From an uncultured Paraprevotella sp. (lineage in GTDB: Bacteria; Bacteroidota; Bacteroidia; Bacteroidales; Bacteroidaceae): a stretch of 64,000 nucleotides of DNA. The notes under the pieces are model-generated. The model was given only the letters and a program-made list of their open reading frames with translations, did no database searches and was not told where the DNA came from. The DNA lies in NCBI GenBank assembly GCA_944321975.1, contig CALUNJ010000002.1:1680-65679 (forward strand). Direction: 5' to 3'. Numbering within the stretch: position 1 is the stretch's first letter; each line of letters begins with the position of its first letter. Positions 22,401-31,276 of the stretch are shown here, one piece after another. The translations under genes were made by a program, and so were the position numbers.

Positions 22401-22765
22401 AACTGATGGTAGCCATACGTGCGTGTGGCCGTGATTTCGTTGAACGGCACGGCTTCTTCCGGTGTGGCTCCCGCGCTGAGCACGATGCGTTTGGCTTCAT
22501 CATACGAGCCCCACCCTTGTGCGAATTCCACCCCCGCGGCCTGGTAGGCGTTGCCGTCGGCCCCGAAGTCTACCTGGCCCAGTCCGATGATGGTGTTTGC
22601 ACTGGTGTTCCCGATGTTGCCGTAGCCCACGTCAAAGGCTGCGTCCTGCACCAATTCAATGTTTGGCGCGTTGCTTTTCATTAGGTCGATGACCAAGTCT
22701 TCGGCCGTCGCCTGCCCTGTCCCGAGGAAGGGCAGGATTCCCATGAGTAAAGTGCTTTTTCTCAT
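19457..22765 (-). CDS. Secreted non-catalytic protein with six CBM6-like modules (2 x 3) and T9SS-like C-terminal domain
   Basis: Repeated (I/W)G.T..G......(V/I)DF..G.Y and TG.(H/Q).(L/V)(Y/W) motifs; signal peptide; C-terminal QGIYILK...KFAVK. Confidence 0.75.
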   Translation of the reverse strand: MRKSTLLMGILPFLGTGQATAEDLVIDLMKSNAPNIELVQDAAFDVGYGNIGNTSANTIIGLGQVDFGADGNAYQAAGVEFAQGWGSYDEAKRIVLSAGATPEEAVPFNEITATRTYGYHQFDMFAENMKTGEGFTRPTGVQNVWLTFSEGNGNLRSVKFYEEAFAEGEEGKQPWVNEMEGYDQLATAVDGSQFVRSGEIPENPEEDPYKDAKYDTNTECWGGTNDGLILESTEEIDFGNGDYKQLVAYIGHDGERYTEYMEFYIDEVKPENMIARTWTGINIQEWNKFTPVATALEQVTGSHRLLIKWGNATNLQKIELVKESLWFENPDCGVVYDNEQPSEQAVLYVTTGESGAASGVDTTTGAAWEIIKPVSGDAHCEGSNIGYTKAGVVVAWRGIDFKDGDYKRVYINASCDKTYIGSTVEEANYSLYIDLDDIDWANVTNVSELAAALEGHEPVAVVRAQGTGGWGNKLTTGGDLATVTGVHDLYIVYNLPDRDNIGSNIYGLYLDPEGGQQEEPQPEAGDLYISLMKDNAGRIEIVQDATFDVGYGNIGNTSNTTVIGLGEIDFGADGNAYQAAGVEYANGWGGYDEAKYVVLSAGATPEEAVPFTEIRVNRTYGYHQFDMFAENMKTGEGFTRPTGVQKVWLTFRDGNGNLRSVKFYKDALAEENEGLQPWPSELEDYASISTAIDGSKFARAVETPENPEEDPYKDAGYDTETGCWSATNAGFVVKSVDPVDFGNGDYKQLVAYVGHEGERYTEYMEFYIDEVKPENMIARTWMGINLSEWNKFAPVATALEQVTGSHHLLIKWGDATNLQKIELVKDSVWFENPDCGVVYENEQPSEHAVLFVTTGESGAASGVDTTTGAAWEIIKPVSGDAHCEGSNIGYTKAGVVVAWRGIDFKDGDYKRVYINASCDKTYIGSTVEEANYSLYIDLDDIDWANVTNVSELAAALEGHEPVAVVRAQGTGSWGNKLTTGGDLATVTGVHDLYIVYNLPDRDNIGSNIYGLYLDPEEGQGPQGIGSATDEAGNIQAYVANGQIVVRTATETQVELYAADGTMVASQSIPAGTTTIQNLKQGIYILKATDGQQGVKTMKFAVK
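19717..22700. repeat. Intragenic tandem duplication, 1509-bp period
   Basis: 19717-21191 vs 21226-22700; 19860-20213 appears identical to 21369-21722, and the ORF track has identical 86-aa shadow ORFs at 19896 and 21405. Confidence 0.95.
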
Positions 22766-22983
22766 TTTGGTTTGATTTTGATGGTTAATTATGGCAAGAA
22801 GTCGAGCTCCTTTCCGGGGTTGAAATTACGCTTTCTTTAATAAGGTGTGTGGAAAGCCTTGCTTCAAATAATGCCACATTTGCTTCATGACGAGTTTAGG
22901 GCGAGAAACTGACGAAAACACGCGGGGCTTATTTTGTTTTTTAGCCCTTATGTGCTAACTTTGGCGGAAAAAGAGGAGCGGAC

Positions 22984-23655
22984 ATGAGAGAAAAGATGGA
23001 TTGCATGCTGAAGTTCCTGGCGGATGTGGCGGCCCATAATGACCGGGAATGGTTTGCCGCCCATCGCGGGCAGTATGAAGAGGCGAAAGGGGTTTTTGAG
23101 GAAATGGTGGCGATGCTGATACACCGCATTGCGCTTTTCGATCCGGGCGTGGCCCATTTGTCTGTGGGCGATTGCACCTACCGTTTTTACCGCGACACGC
23201 GCTTTTCGGAGGACAAGTCGCCTTACAAGCGTCATTTCGGCGCTTACGTGAATGCGCATGGGAAAAAGTCGTGGCACAGCGGTTATTATCTCCACATTCA
23301 GCCTGGCGGGTGTCTGTTGGCCGGAGGATCCTGGTGTTTGCCCTCGCCCCTCCTGAAAGCCGTGCGGCAGTCTATTGTGGACGAAACAGACGAGTTCCGC
23401 GGCATCGTGGAGTCGGCGGATTTCAAGGCCGCTTTTCCCGTCATCGGGGAGACACGCCTGAAGACGTTGCCCAAGGGCTTCCCCAAGGATTTTCCTTTTC
23501 CGGAATACTTGCGCCCCAAGGATTATTCCGTGAGCCATGCCGTGCCGGATGATTTCTTCCGGGAGGAGGATTGGCTGGAACGGGCAGCGGGGATTTTCAT
23601 GCTGATGAAGCCTTTTAATGATTTTGTGAACTATACGATTGACGAGTGTGAATGA
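22984..23655 (+). CDS. DUF2461 (TIGR02453) family protein
   Basis: NDREWF, YRDTRFS.DKSPYK, GYYLHI.P, LK..PKGF; TAACTTTG promoter motif at 22956. Confidence 0.9.
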   Translation: MREKMDCMLKFLADVAAHNDREWFAAHRGQYEEAKGVFEEMVAMLIHRIALFDPGVAHLSVGDCTYRFYRDTRFSEDKSPYKRHFGAYVNAHGKKSWHSGYYLHIQPGGCLLAGGSWCLPSPLLKAVRQSIVDETDEFRGIVESADFKAAFPVIGETRLKTLPKGFPKDFPFPEYLRPKDYSVSHAVPDDFFREEDWLERAAGIFMLMKPFNDFVNYTIDECE

Positions 23656-23685
23656 GGAAAAAACGTTTTTAAAAAACAGAATGTC

Positions 23686-24141
23686 ATGATGAACGTAGGA
23701 GACAAGGTGCCCGATGTGTTGGGCACGGACGAAAACGGCGAACAGGTCCGTTTGAGCGACTACCGAGGGAAAAAGGTGGTGCTTTATTTTTATCCGAAGG
23801 ACAACACGGCGGGTTGCACGGCCGAGGCTTGCAGCCTGCGGGATGATTATGAGGCCTTGAAGGCAAAAGGCTATGAGGTGGTCGGGGTCAGCGTGGACAG
23901 CGCGGAGTCGCACCGGAAATTCATCGCGAAGCATGCGCTTCCGTTCACGTTGGTGGCCGACACGGACAGGGTCTTGGTGAACGAGATGGGCGTGTGGGGA
24001 GAAAAGAGCATGTACGGGCGGAAGTACATGGGGACTTTCCGCACTACTTTTATCCTGAACGAAGAGGGAGTGATTGAGAAAATCTTCCTGCCCAAGGAAA
24101 TCAAGACCAAGACGCACGGCAGCCAGATTCTCGGCTTATGA
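23686..24141 (+). CDS. bcp: Thioredoxin-dependent thiol peroxidase (BCP)
   Basis: LYFYPKDNTAGCTAEAC, VWGEKSMYGR.YMG..RTTF. Confidence 0.95.
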   Translation: MMNVGDKVPDVLGTDENGEQVRLSDYRGKKVVLYFYPKDNTAGCTAEACSLRDDYEALKAKGYEVVGVSVDSAESHRKFIAKHALPFTLVADTDRVLVNEMGVWGEKSMYGRKYMGTFRTTFILNEEGVIEKIFLPKEIKTKTHGSQILGL

Positions 24142-24185
24142 GCCTTGGTGCCTGAAAGGGAGATTCCCTTTGGCCGGACGAGGCT

Positions 24186-24224
24186 GCACGCCCCCTTTCC
24201 TTGAAGCAGGGAAAGGGGGCGTGC
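24186..24224. terminator. Stem-loop between convergent bcp and SulP genes
   Basis: GCACGCCCCCTTTCC / GGAAAGGGGGCGTGC, perfect 15-bp inverted repeat. Confidence 0.7.
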
Positions 24225-24229
24225 GGGAT

Positions 24230-25921
24230 TTATGTCGTCGGGGCGTCGTGTCCCAAGTAGTGGCGGGCTACGTCCAAGGCGGTGTGGATGTTGTCGCAAA
24301 TGTTTTTCTTGCCCAGGATTTCATAGAAACCGCTTTTCCGGAGTGCTTCATGCACTTTGGGGTTCACTCCGGAAAGAATGATGTGTACTCCTTCGCGGTG
24401 GCTCATCTCGCACAGGTTGGTCAGGTTGTGGATGCCCGTGGAGTCGATGAAGGGCACTTTCCGCATGCGGATGATGCGCACTTTGGGCTGTTCTTTGGTC
24501 TGGAGCACGACTTCTTCAAACCGGTTGGCGATGCCGAAGAAGTAGGGCCCGTTGATTTCATACACTTCCGTGTGGCCGGGGATGTGGAGGTGTTCTTCGG
24601 AAGGGGTGCTGCCGTCGGCATCTGTGGGCACGATCTCGTCTTTGAACAAGTTTACTTCCGTGGTTTCCATCACCCGTTTGATGAACATCAGGCAGGCCAG
24701 CACAAGCCCGAATTCGATGGCGATCGTAAGGTCGAAGATCACCGTGAGGAAGAACGTGATGAGCAGGACGGCCACGTCCGCTTTCGGGTTGCGGAGCAAT
24801 TGCGCGAAGGTCCGCCAGCCGCTCATGTTGTAGCTGACGATGACCAGCACGCCGGCCAGGCACGCCATCGGGATATATTGCGCCAGCGGCATGAGCAGCA
24901 GGAAGATGAGCAGCAACACGCCGGCATGCACGAGGCCGGCCACGGGGGTGCGCCCGCCGTTGTTGATGTTGGTCATGGTGCGTGCGATGGCTCCCGTGGC
25001 GGGGATTCCCCCGAAGATGGGCGAGAGGAGGTTGGCGATGCCTTGTCCCACGAGTTCTTGGTTGGAGTCGTGGTGGTCGCCGATGACTCCGTCGGCCACG
25101 GTGGCCGAGAGCAGCGACTCGATGGCGCCCAGCACGGCGATGGTGATGGCGGGCGACACCAATTGTTTCACGCTTTCCCAGTTCAGGTCGGGCACGTTCA
25201 TGCCCGGGAGTTCGGCTTTGATCATGAAGCGGTCGCCGATCGTTTCCACCTGGGTGGCGATGCCATATTGTTTCAGCACATAGACGCCGGCGGTCATGAT
25301 GACGATGGCCAGGAGCGAGCCGGGGATTTTCCGGGTGAACCTGGGCGAAAGGGCGATGAGGGCCACACTGGCGATGCCCACGCCCGTGGACCAAGGGTCG
25401 AGGGTGCCGAAATGGCGGGCGTATGCCACCCATTTCTCGATGAAGTCGGCCGGCACCTGGCCGATGGACAGGCCGAACAGGTCTTTGACTTGGGTGGTGA
25501 AGATGGTGACGGCGATGCCGCTGGTGAACCCCACCACGATGGGATAGGGGATGTACTTGATGATGGTGCCCAGGTGGAACACTCCCAAGAGGATCAGGAA
25601 CACGCCGGCCAGGATGGTGGCTATGAGGAGCCCGGCCTCGCCGTATTGCTGGATGATGCCGTAGACGATGACGATGAAGGCGCCCGTCGGCCCGCCGATC
25701 TGCACCCGGCTGCCGCCGAAGAGCGACACGGCCAGCCCGGCGATGATGGCCGTGATGATGCCTTTCTCCGGGGTCACGCCCGAGGCGATGCCGAATGCGA
25801 TGGCCAGCGGGAGGGCCACGATGCCCACGATGGTTCCGGCCATGAGGTCGGCAGCCAGCTTTTCCTTGTTGTAGTCTTTCAAGTCGAGAAACAGTTTGGG
25901 CTTGAACGCAAATTTGTCCAT
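24230..25921 (-). CDS. SulP family anion permease with STAS domain
   Basis: VALPLAIAFGIASG, QIGGPTGAF, ESLLSA.VAD, ATGAIART, GPYFFG; start moved to MDKFAFKPK. Confidence 0.93.
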   Translation of the reverse strand: MDKFAFKPKLFLDLKDYNKEKLAADLMAGTIVGIVALPLAIAFGIASGVTPEKGIITAIIAGLAVSLFGGSRVQIGGPTGAFIVIVYGIIQQYGEAGLLIATILAGVFLILLGVFHLGTIIKYIPYPIVVGFTSGIAVTIFTTQVKDLFGLSIGQVPADFIEKWVAYARHFGTLDPWSTGVGIASVALIALSPRFTRKIPGSLLAIVIMTAGVYVLKQYGIATQVETIGDRFMIKAELPGMNVPDLNWESVKQLVSPAITIAVLGAIESLLSATVADGVIGDHHDSNQELVGQGIANLLSPIFGGIPATGAIARTMTNINNGGRTPVAGLVHAGVLLLIFLLLMPLAQYIPMACLAGVLVIVSYNMSGWRTFAQLLRNPKADVAVLLITFFLTVIFDLTIAIEFGLVLACLMFIKRVMETTEVNLFKDEIVPTDADGSTPSEEHLHIPGHTEVYEINGPYFFGIANRFEEVVLQTKEQPKVRIIRMRKVPFIDSTGIHNLTNLCEMSHREGVHIILSGVNPKVHEALRKSGFYEILGKKNICDNIHTALDVARHYLGHDAPTT

Positions 25922-26167
25922 GATGTGTCTTTTTTTGTATTTGTTATTCTTTCTTTTGTTTTTTTTGGAGGTGCAAAGATACTGCAAGTCAAGTGGAATA
26001 CAAAACAAAAACGCATGAAAACGCATCTCCGCCTTCATCCCCGCATGCCCATGGGGTGGGGTTGCAGGTTTCCAAGGGGGAATGGCCATGTGGTCCGGGC
26101 GATTCCGGAGGGGGGCTACTGCCTTGCGGCGGGTAGGATGCGTGTGTGAAAGATAGGACAAAAAACG

Positions 26168-26263
26168 CTCAAGCGGAACGCAAATTTCCCTCAAGCGATT
26201 CACATTTTTTTCTCAAGCAAAAAAAATGTGAATCGCTTGAGAAAAATCCGGGCCTTTCAAGGG
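26168..26263. repeat. 22-bp-period box element, copy 2 (contains long palindrome)
   Basis: Boxes at 26168, 26190, 26212, 26234, 26256; CTCAAGCGATTCACATTTTTTT...AAAAAAATGTGAATCGCTTGAG. Confidence 0.85.
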
Positions 26264-26548
26264 CCTTTTTCATCTTGTTGGTTATTAGCAGTGTGGCATT
26301 CCTTTCAACCGCGGGACAATCTGGGCTTGTTCACCTCCGGCCTGTCCGCCTTTTCCCCGTGTCGGGGGGGCATACTGGATGTGTGGCCCCCGGAGGTCGG
26401 TCTTTGGGCTGAATATGTCCCGGGCAAGGCGGAATGCCATGAAAAACGCATGCAGGGCGACAGAAAAGCGTTTCGGAAGGCGGAATGCGGAATTTAAATG
26501 TTATCTTTGCGCTTAGATTTATTCACTATTAAAAACAGTTATACGATT

Positions 26549-28213
26549 ATGTTTGAAGGACAACCAAAAGGTCTTTATGCGTTGGCTTTGGCCAACACGG
26601 GCGAGCGGTTCGGATATTATACGATGCTGGCCATTTTTACCCTGTTCTTGCAGGCGAAGTTCGGCTATTCCGCAGCCGACACTTCTACCATTTTCTCCTC
26701 GTTCCTGGCTGCGGTCTATTTCATGCCGTTCCTGGGCGGCATCCTGGCCGACAAGTACGGCTTTGGCAAGATGGTGACGCTGGGCGTGTTCATCATGTTT
26801 GTGGGCTACTTGCTCCTGGCCATTCCCACGGGAGCCGATGCGGCCGGGAAGGCCATGATGTTCGGCGCGCTGGCCCTGATTGCCTGCGGCACGGGACTGT
26901 TCAAGGGCAATTTGCAGGTGATGGTGGGCAATCTCTACGACGCGCCTGAATATAAGGACAAGCGCGACACGGCGTTCAGCCTTTTCTACATGGCCATCAA
27001 CATCGGTGCGCTTTTTGCTCCGACAGCCGCCACGAAAATGACCAATTATGTGTTGGGCATGCACGGCTTCACGTATAACGCGCAGATTCCGGCTTTGGCC
27101 CATCAGTATCTGGACAATGCGGCTGGCATGACGGCGCAGTCGGCATCCACGTTGGAGTCGTTGAAGGCGGCTCAAGGCTTTGCGGGCGATACAGCCACCT
27201 TCTGTCAGGCCTACATTGAGAAACTCTCCGAGGCTTATAACTATGGTTTTGCCGTGGCTTGCGTTTCGCTCATCGTGTCTATACTTATTTATTATGGATT
27301 CCGCAGCACGTTCAAGCATGCCGACTACAACGCGCAGACGGCTGCGTCCGACGGCCATGTGGCGGCAGAGGAACTGACGCCGGCCGAGACGCGGCAGCGC
27401 ATCACGGCCCTTTGCCTCGTGTTCGCCGTGGTGCTGTTCTTCTGGATGGCTTTCCATCAGAACGGCTTGACGCTGACTTTCTTTGCACGGGATTACACGC
27501 AGGCTTCGGCTTCCGGCTTGCTGGGCATGACGTTCAATGTGTTCAACCTCGTGTTGTTGGCCGTTTTGGTCTATGCCGTGTTTGCGGTGTTCCAGAGTCG
27601 TACGGGACGGGGCAAGACGGTGGCCGGAGTGGTCTGCCTGGCCGTGATTGCCGCCTTGGGGGTTCAGTATGTGAACCGCGACGGGACGGTAGAAATCCTG
27701 CCCCAGATCTTCCAGCAGTTCAATCCCTTCTTCGTGGTGGCCCTGACGCCGGTTTCGTTGGCCATCTTCGGGGCTTTGGCCAAGAAAGGCAAGGAGCCGT
27801 CGGCTCCGCGCAAGATCGGGTTGGGCATGCTCATCGCCGCCTGCGGTTTCGCCCTCATGGCCTTTGGTTCTGTGGGTTTGCCCACCCCGGATGCCTTGTC
27901 CAAGGGGGCAGAGGTCGACTTGGTTTCGCCAAACCTCCTCATCTCCACCTATCTGGTGCTGACGTTCGCCGAGTTGCTGTTGTCCCCCATGGGCATTTCG
28001 TTTGTGTCCAAGGTGGCGCCTCCGAAATATAAGGGGATGATGATGGGCGGCTGGTTCGTGGCCACGGCCATTGGCAATTACATGGTGGCCATCATTGGTT
28101 ACTTGTGGGGCGGCATTGAGTTGTGGATCGTGTGGAGCGTGCTCATCGTGCTGTGCCTGCTTTCGGCCTTGTTTATCTTCTCCATCATGAAGAAACTGGA
28201 AAAAGTGGCCTGA
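26549..28213 (+). CDS. POT/PTR family di-/tripeptide:H+ symporter
   Basis: ERFGYY, GTGLFKGN, FYMAINIG, AELLLSPMG.SF; TATCTTTG promoter motif at 26502. Confidence 0.93.
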   Translation: MFEGQPKGLYALALANTGERFGYYTMLAIFTLFLQAKFGYSAADTSTIFSSFLAAVYFMPFLGGILADKYGFGKMVTLGVFIMFVGYLLLAIPTGADAAGKAMMFGALALIACGTGLFKGNLQVMVGNLYDAPEYKDKRDTAFSLFYMAINIGALFAPTAATKMTNYVLGMHGFTYNAQIPALAHQYLDNAAGMTAQSASTLESLKAAQGFAGDTATFCQAYIEKLSEAYNYGFAVACVSLIVSILIYYGFRSTFKHADYNAQTAASDGHVAAEELTPAETRQRITALCLVFAVVLFFWMAFHQNGLTLTFFARDYTQASASGLLGMTFNVFNLVLLAVLVYAVFAVFQSRTGRGKTVAGVVCLAVIAALGVQYVNRDGTVEILPQIFQQFNPFFVVALTPVSLAIFGALAKKGKEPSAPRKIGLGMLIAACGFALMAFGSVGLPTPDALSKGAEVDLVSPNLLISTYLVLTFAELLLSPMGISFVSKVAPPKYKGMMMGGWFVATAIGNYMVAIIGYLWGGIELWIVWSVLIVLCLLSALFIFSIMKKLEKVA

Positions 28214-28242
28214 CGCGCGCAGGCCGGAACGCCATGAAGGAA

Positions 28243-28282
28243 AAAGGCGCCCCGTCGGGATCATGTTCCCCGGGGCGCCTTT
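28243..28282. terminator. Stem-loop between convergent genes
   Basis: AAAGGCGCCCCG / CGGGGCGCCTTT inverted repeat. Confidence 0.7.
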
Positions 28283-28292
28283 GTCTGTGCGG

Positions 28293-28802
28293 TCATCGGT
28301 CTTCCCAAATGTCTGCCATGGGTTTTCGCTTTTTCTCCGGAATCTCGGGCGTGGCGGGATAGCCTATCGGGATGATGGCCACGGGACATAGCCCGTCTGG
28401 CAACCGGAACAGCTCGCGGCAGCGTTCCACGTGGAAGTTGCATACCCAGCAGGTGCCCAAGCCTTGTTCGGCGGCGGCCAGGCAAAGGTGTTCGATGGCG
28501 ATGGCCAGGTCGATGTCGGCGTGGCTCTTGCCGTCTTCGCGGCGTGTCCAGGCCTCGGGGAGGCAGGCGCAGGCCAGCACGTAGGCGGGCGCTTCGCGGA
28601 ACCAGTCGCGGTCGTAGCATTGCTGCATGCGCGACCGGTCTTCCTCGCGGGTGAACAGGAAGAATTTCCACGGTTGCTTGTTGACGGCCGAGGGAGCCAG
28701 GCGCGTGCATTCCTTGATGTATTCCATCTTTTCGGCCGGAATGGCGTCCGGCTTATAGGCACGCACGGAATAACGTGCGTGGCAGAGCTTTTTGAAGTCC
28801 AT
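28293..28802 (-). CDS. Nitroreductase family protein
   Basis: RYSVRAY, APSAVNKQPW, GLGTCW, IGYP. Confidence 0.93.
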   Translation of the reverse strand: MDFKKLCHARYSVRAYKPDAIPAEKMEYIKECTRLAPSAVNKQPWKFFLFTREEDRSRMQQCYDRDWFREAPAYVLACACLPEAWTRREDGKSHADIDLAIAIEHLCLAAAEQGLGTCWVCNFHVERCRELFRLPDGLCPVAIIPIGYPATPEIPEKKRKPMADIWEDR

Positions 28803-28880
28803 AATCTACTATTTTTATTGTTCGGTGAACAAATGTACACAAAAAAGCCAAGTTCCAATTGCACCAATAGAAAAAAAACG

Positions 28881-28888
28881 TATATTTG
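28881..28888 (+). promoter_or_regulatory. Candidate -7 promoter element of the Sel1-FtsK-WXG operon; divergent TACATTTG at 28830-28837 (-)
   Basis: TATATTTG matches TAnnTTTG, 21 nt before ATG 28910. Confidence 0.55.
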
Positions 28889-28909
28889 TATGCTGTAATA
28901 TCTATTATT

Positions 28910-31276
28910 ATGATGAAACATGCCGCATTGGATTCGATTTGCAATACGATAGACTGCGCGATGGGCGTGGGGTTGCCGGGCGGAGCCGGTCTCGGCGTGG
29001 TGCTCCGGGTGGATGACGTGCTGTCGCCCGAACCTTTGGTGCGGAAAAACGGAGCCAAGGAGTTCAGGGCATATCCGCGGGGCAACCCGGATTTGCGCGA
29101 AAGCCTCAAGAGGTTCCGTTCCTGGAATCCGCAGTTGGCAGATGCCGTTACGGCAGTGCTTGACGTGAGGGATGGCGAGAATCTGAAAGGAGTGCGCAAG
29201 GCGTTGGACCCATTCAAGAATGAAAGTCTTGCCTGCCGCGTGGCTTTGGCCAAGTGTTATCTGAGAGGGTTGGACGGGACAAAGGACAAGCCTTTGGCGA
29301 TGAGTTTGTTGGCAAAGGACGGGCAAGGCGATTCGGTGGAGGACATGGAGCGTGCCTGCCGCAGGACGGTCTTTTCCCCGGAAGAGTTGCTCAACGAGAT
29401 AGGGGCTTACCATTATGAAACCGGGAAAAGTGAAACGGCGCAGAAGTTTTTCAAACGCGCCATGGAACTTGACCCGAAGGAGAAGAACTTTGTTCATAAC
29501 TATTGCGTGGCGTTGGTCACTTTGGGATGGTACGCCACCGCTTTCCCCTACTTGTGCGAACAGTGCGAGCAGGGGGATGAGGATCTTTATTATAATTTAG
29601 GCTACGCTTACTATTACTACCACCGGCACGGGCATGGTGTGTTGTACAAGCCATTGCCGGACGAAGAGCCGCGCATGGCCGAAGATGTGGCCGAGGCGGC
29701 CAAATGGCTGTCCAAGAGCCGCGACACGCGGCGTTTCCCGTTGTTGTCGAAAATCTATTTCAATCATTACAGGTATAAGGACAAAGGGGGCGCAATCCAA
29801 AAAAGAGGTCATGGGCTTTTCGATGCCGGGGAGGCTTTCAAGGTTTGCATGCGGGGAGCCGAAAGCGGCGACTGTTATTCCATGGCTTGTGTGGGACTCC
29901 TTTACGGCTTGGGGCACGGTTGCGTGGGCAATCACCATGAATTGCTGAAGTGGTTGGGCGAAAGTGTGGACAAGTGCGGGCGGGAAAAACACGGTTTGTA
30001 CAAGGACGCTTTGTTCCTGTTGGCCGTAGTGGGCATGCCTGACCAGGGCAAATGGATGCGTTATTTGGAGAAATACACGAAAGAGTGTCCGGACGGGGTG
30101 CCTCTTGCCGATTATAAGTTGGCCAAGGTGTCTTATGCAGTCGAGAATTATGAGGTTGCTTCTTCTTTGTTTGTGTCCGCCTTGGACAAAATGAAAAAAT
30201 CCCCTCGCAAGATGCTTTTGCATAAACTCATGCCCTACATTTGGTTTTATGCCGGGATGAGTGCCTATAAGATGAAACATTGGGAGGCAGCCAAGACATT
30301 TTGGGATGAAGCTGTCCGGCAGGAGGGCGATGCCGCTGCGGCTTATTTCATCGGCAAGATGTACATGGACAGGCTGGTGGGCGCGTCGCTCTCCAAGGAT
30401 GAAGCCAACGACCAAGCCATTTCTTATTTCGTGGCATCGGCCGAGATGGGGGATAAGGATGCCCCGCGCATGGCTTTCGAACGTTTGTTCTATAAGGATC
30501 GTTATAAGTATCCCGACCAGCGTACCAAGACCGTGGATTACGCTTTCCTTGCGGCTTCGACGGGGTATGCCCCGGCGCAATTCTACCTTTATGCCCATTT
30601 CTGTACGGTGAGCGACTCCTATTATAATAAGGAATACCAGAAAGAGAACTTCAGCATACGGGTGGGCGGGAAGCTCCGGACGTTTTCCACGAACCCGGAG
30701 CACTATCTGGCCTTGTCGCGCGAAGCCGGCTATAAAGAAGCGCGTTATGTTTGCGCTTTATATTACAAGCGTCCGCTTGAAGAGGTGGTCAGTACGCTGA
30801 ATGAAATGATGACCGATTACGGGTATGATGGGACGATAGGAAAAATATTGAGTCGCAAGTATGTAGAACTTAATGCGGCGAAAGCGCATTATGAGTTGGC
30901 CTATGCCTTGACACGGCGTGGAGGCGAACGTCACATGATGACGGGCGTGAACTGCATGAGGATGTACCTTGACCGTGAAGAAAACCGTACGAGATTGAGG
31001 TATAAAAACTCGTTGGGCAAGGATTGTGTGTATGTATATCCTGTATCTAATTGGTATGCTGCGAAAGGCTTGAAGTGGCTACTGGAAACGTTGGTGAAGG
31101 CCGGGAAAATGGAAGAGGCCGCCAAGGACGTGGGGCGTTATTATGCATTGAAAAACCGTTCCGGCGTAGATGAAGAATGGTTGGAAAAACATGCTTCCGG
31201 TATTAAGCATTTGGTGTTTCAGATAGAACATCCCAAGGCTTCAAAGATGTTGGACAAGATATTCAGAGGGTTGTAA
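28910..31276 (+). CDS. Sel1/TPR repeat protein
   Basis: LAKCYLRG.DG, YNLGYAYY, AAKWLSKS, VGLLYGLGHG, AYFIGKMY, A..GY.PAQF.L; no obvious signal peptide; start placed after the promoter motif. Confidence 0.8.
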   Translation: MMKHAALDSICNTIDCAMGVGLPGGAGLGVVLRVDDVLSPEPLVRKNGAKEFRAYPRGNPDLRESLKRFRSWNPQLADAVTAVLDVRDGENLKGVRKALDPFKNESLACRVALAKCYLRGLDGTKDKPLAMSLLAKDGQGDSVEDMERACRRTVFSPEELLNEIGAYHYETGKSETAQKFFKRAMELDPKEKNFVHNYCVALVTLGWYATAFPYLCEQCEQGDEDLYYNLGYAYYYYHRHGHGVLYKPLPDEEPRMAEDVAEAAKWLSKSRDTRRFPLLSKIYFNHYRYKDKGGAIQKRGHGLFDAGEAFKVCMRGAESGDCYSMACVGLLYGLGHGCVGNHHELLKWLGESVDKCGREKHGLYKDALFLLAVVGMPDQGKWMRYLEKYTKECPDGVPLADYKLAKVSYAVENYEVASSLFVSALDKMKKSPRKMLLHKLMPYIWFYAGMSAYKMKHWEAAKTFWDEAVRQEGDAAAAYFIGKMYMDRLVGASLSKDEANDQAISYFVASAEMGDKDAPRMAFERLFYKDRYKYPDQRTKTVDYAFLAASTGYAPAQFYLYAHFCTVSDSYYNKEYQKENFSIRVGGKLRTFSTNPEHYLALSREAGYKEARYVCALYYKRPLEEVVSTLNEMMTDYGYDGTIGKILSRKYVELNAAKAHYELAYALTRRGGERHMMTGVNCMRMYLDREENRTRLRYKNSLGKDCVYVYPVSNWYAAKGLKWLLETLVKAGKMEEAAKDVGRYYALKNRSGVDEEWLEKHASGIKHLVFQIEHPKASKMLDKIFRGL

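Noticed and set aside
25922-26203. N-terminal extension of SulP in the ORF track (similar extensions for lptC, secA, folB, DUF4105 and the 59695 start)
   Set aside because: The extensions run through promoter motifs, repeats or neighbouring genes; downstream starts match family N-termini
26168-26263. Possible mini-CRISPR array
   Set aside because: Repeats are only 8 bp with 14-bp spacers that recur between copies; no cas genes
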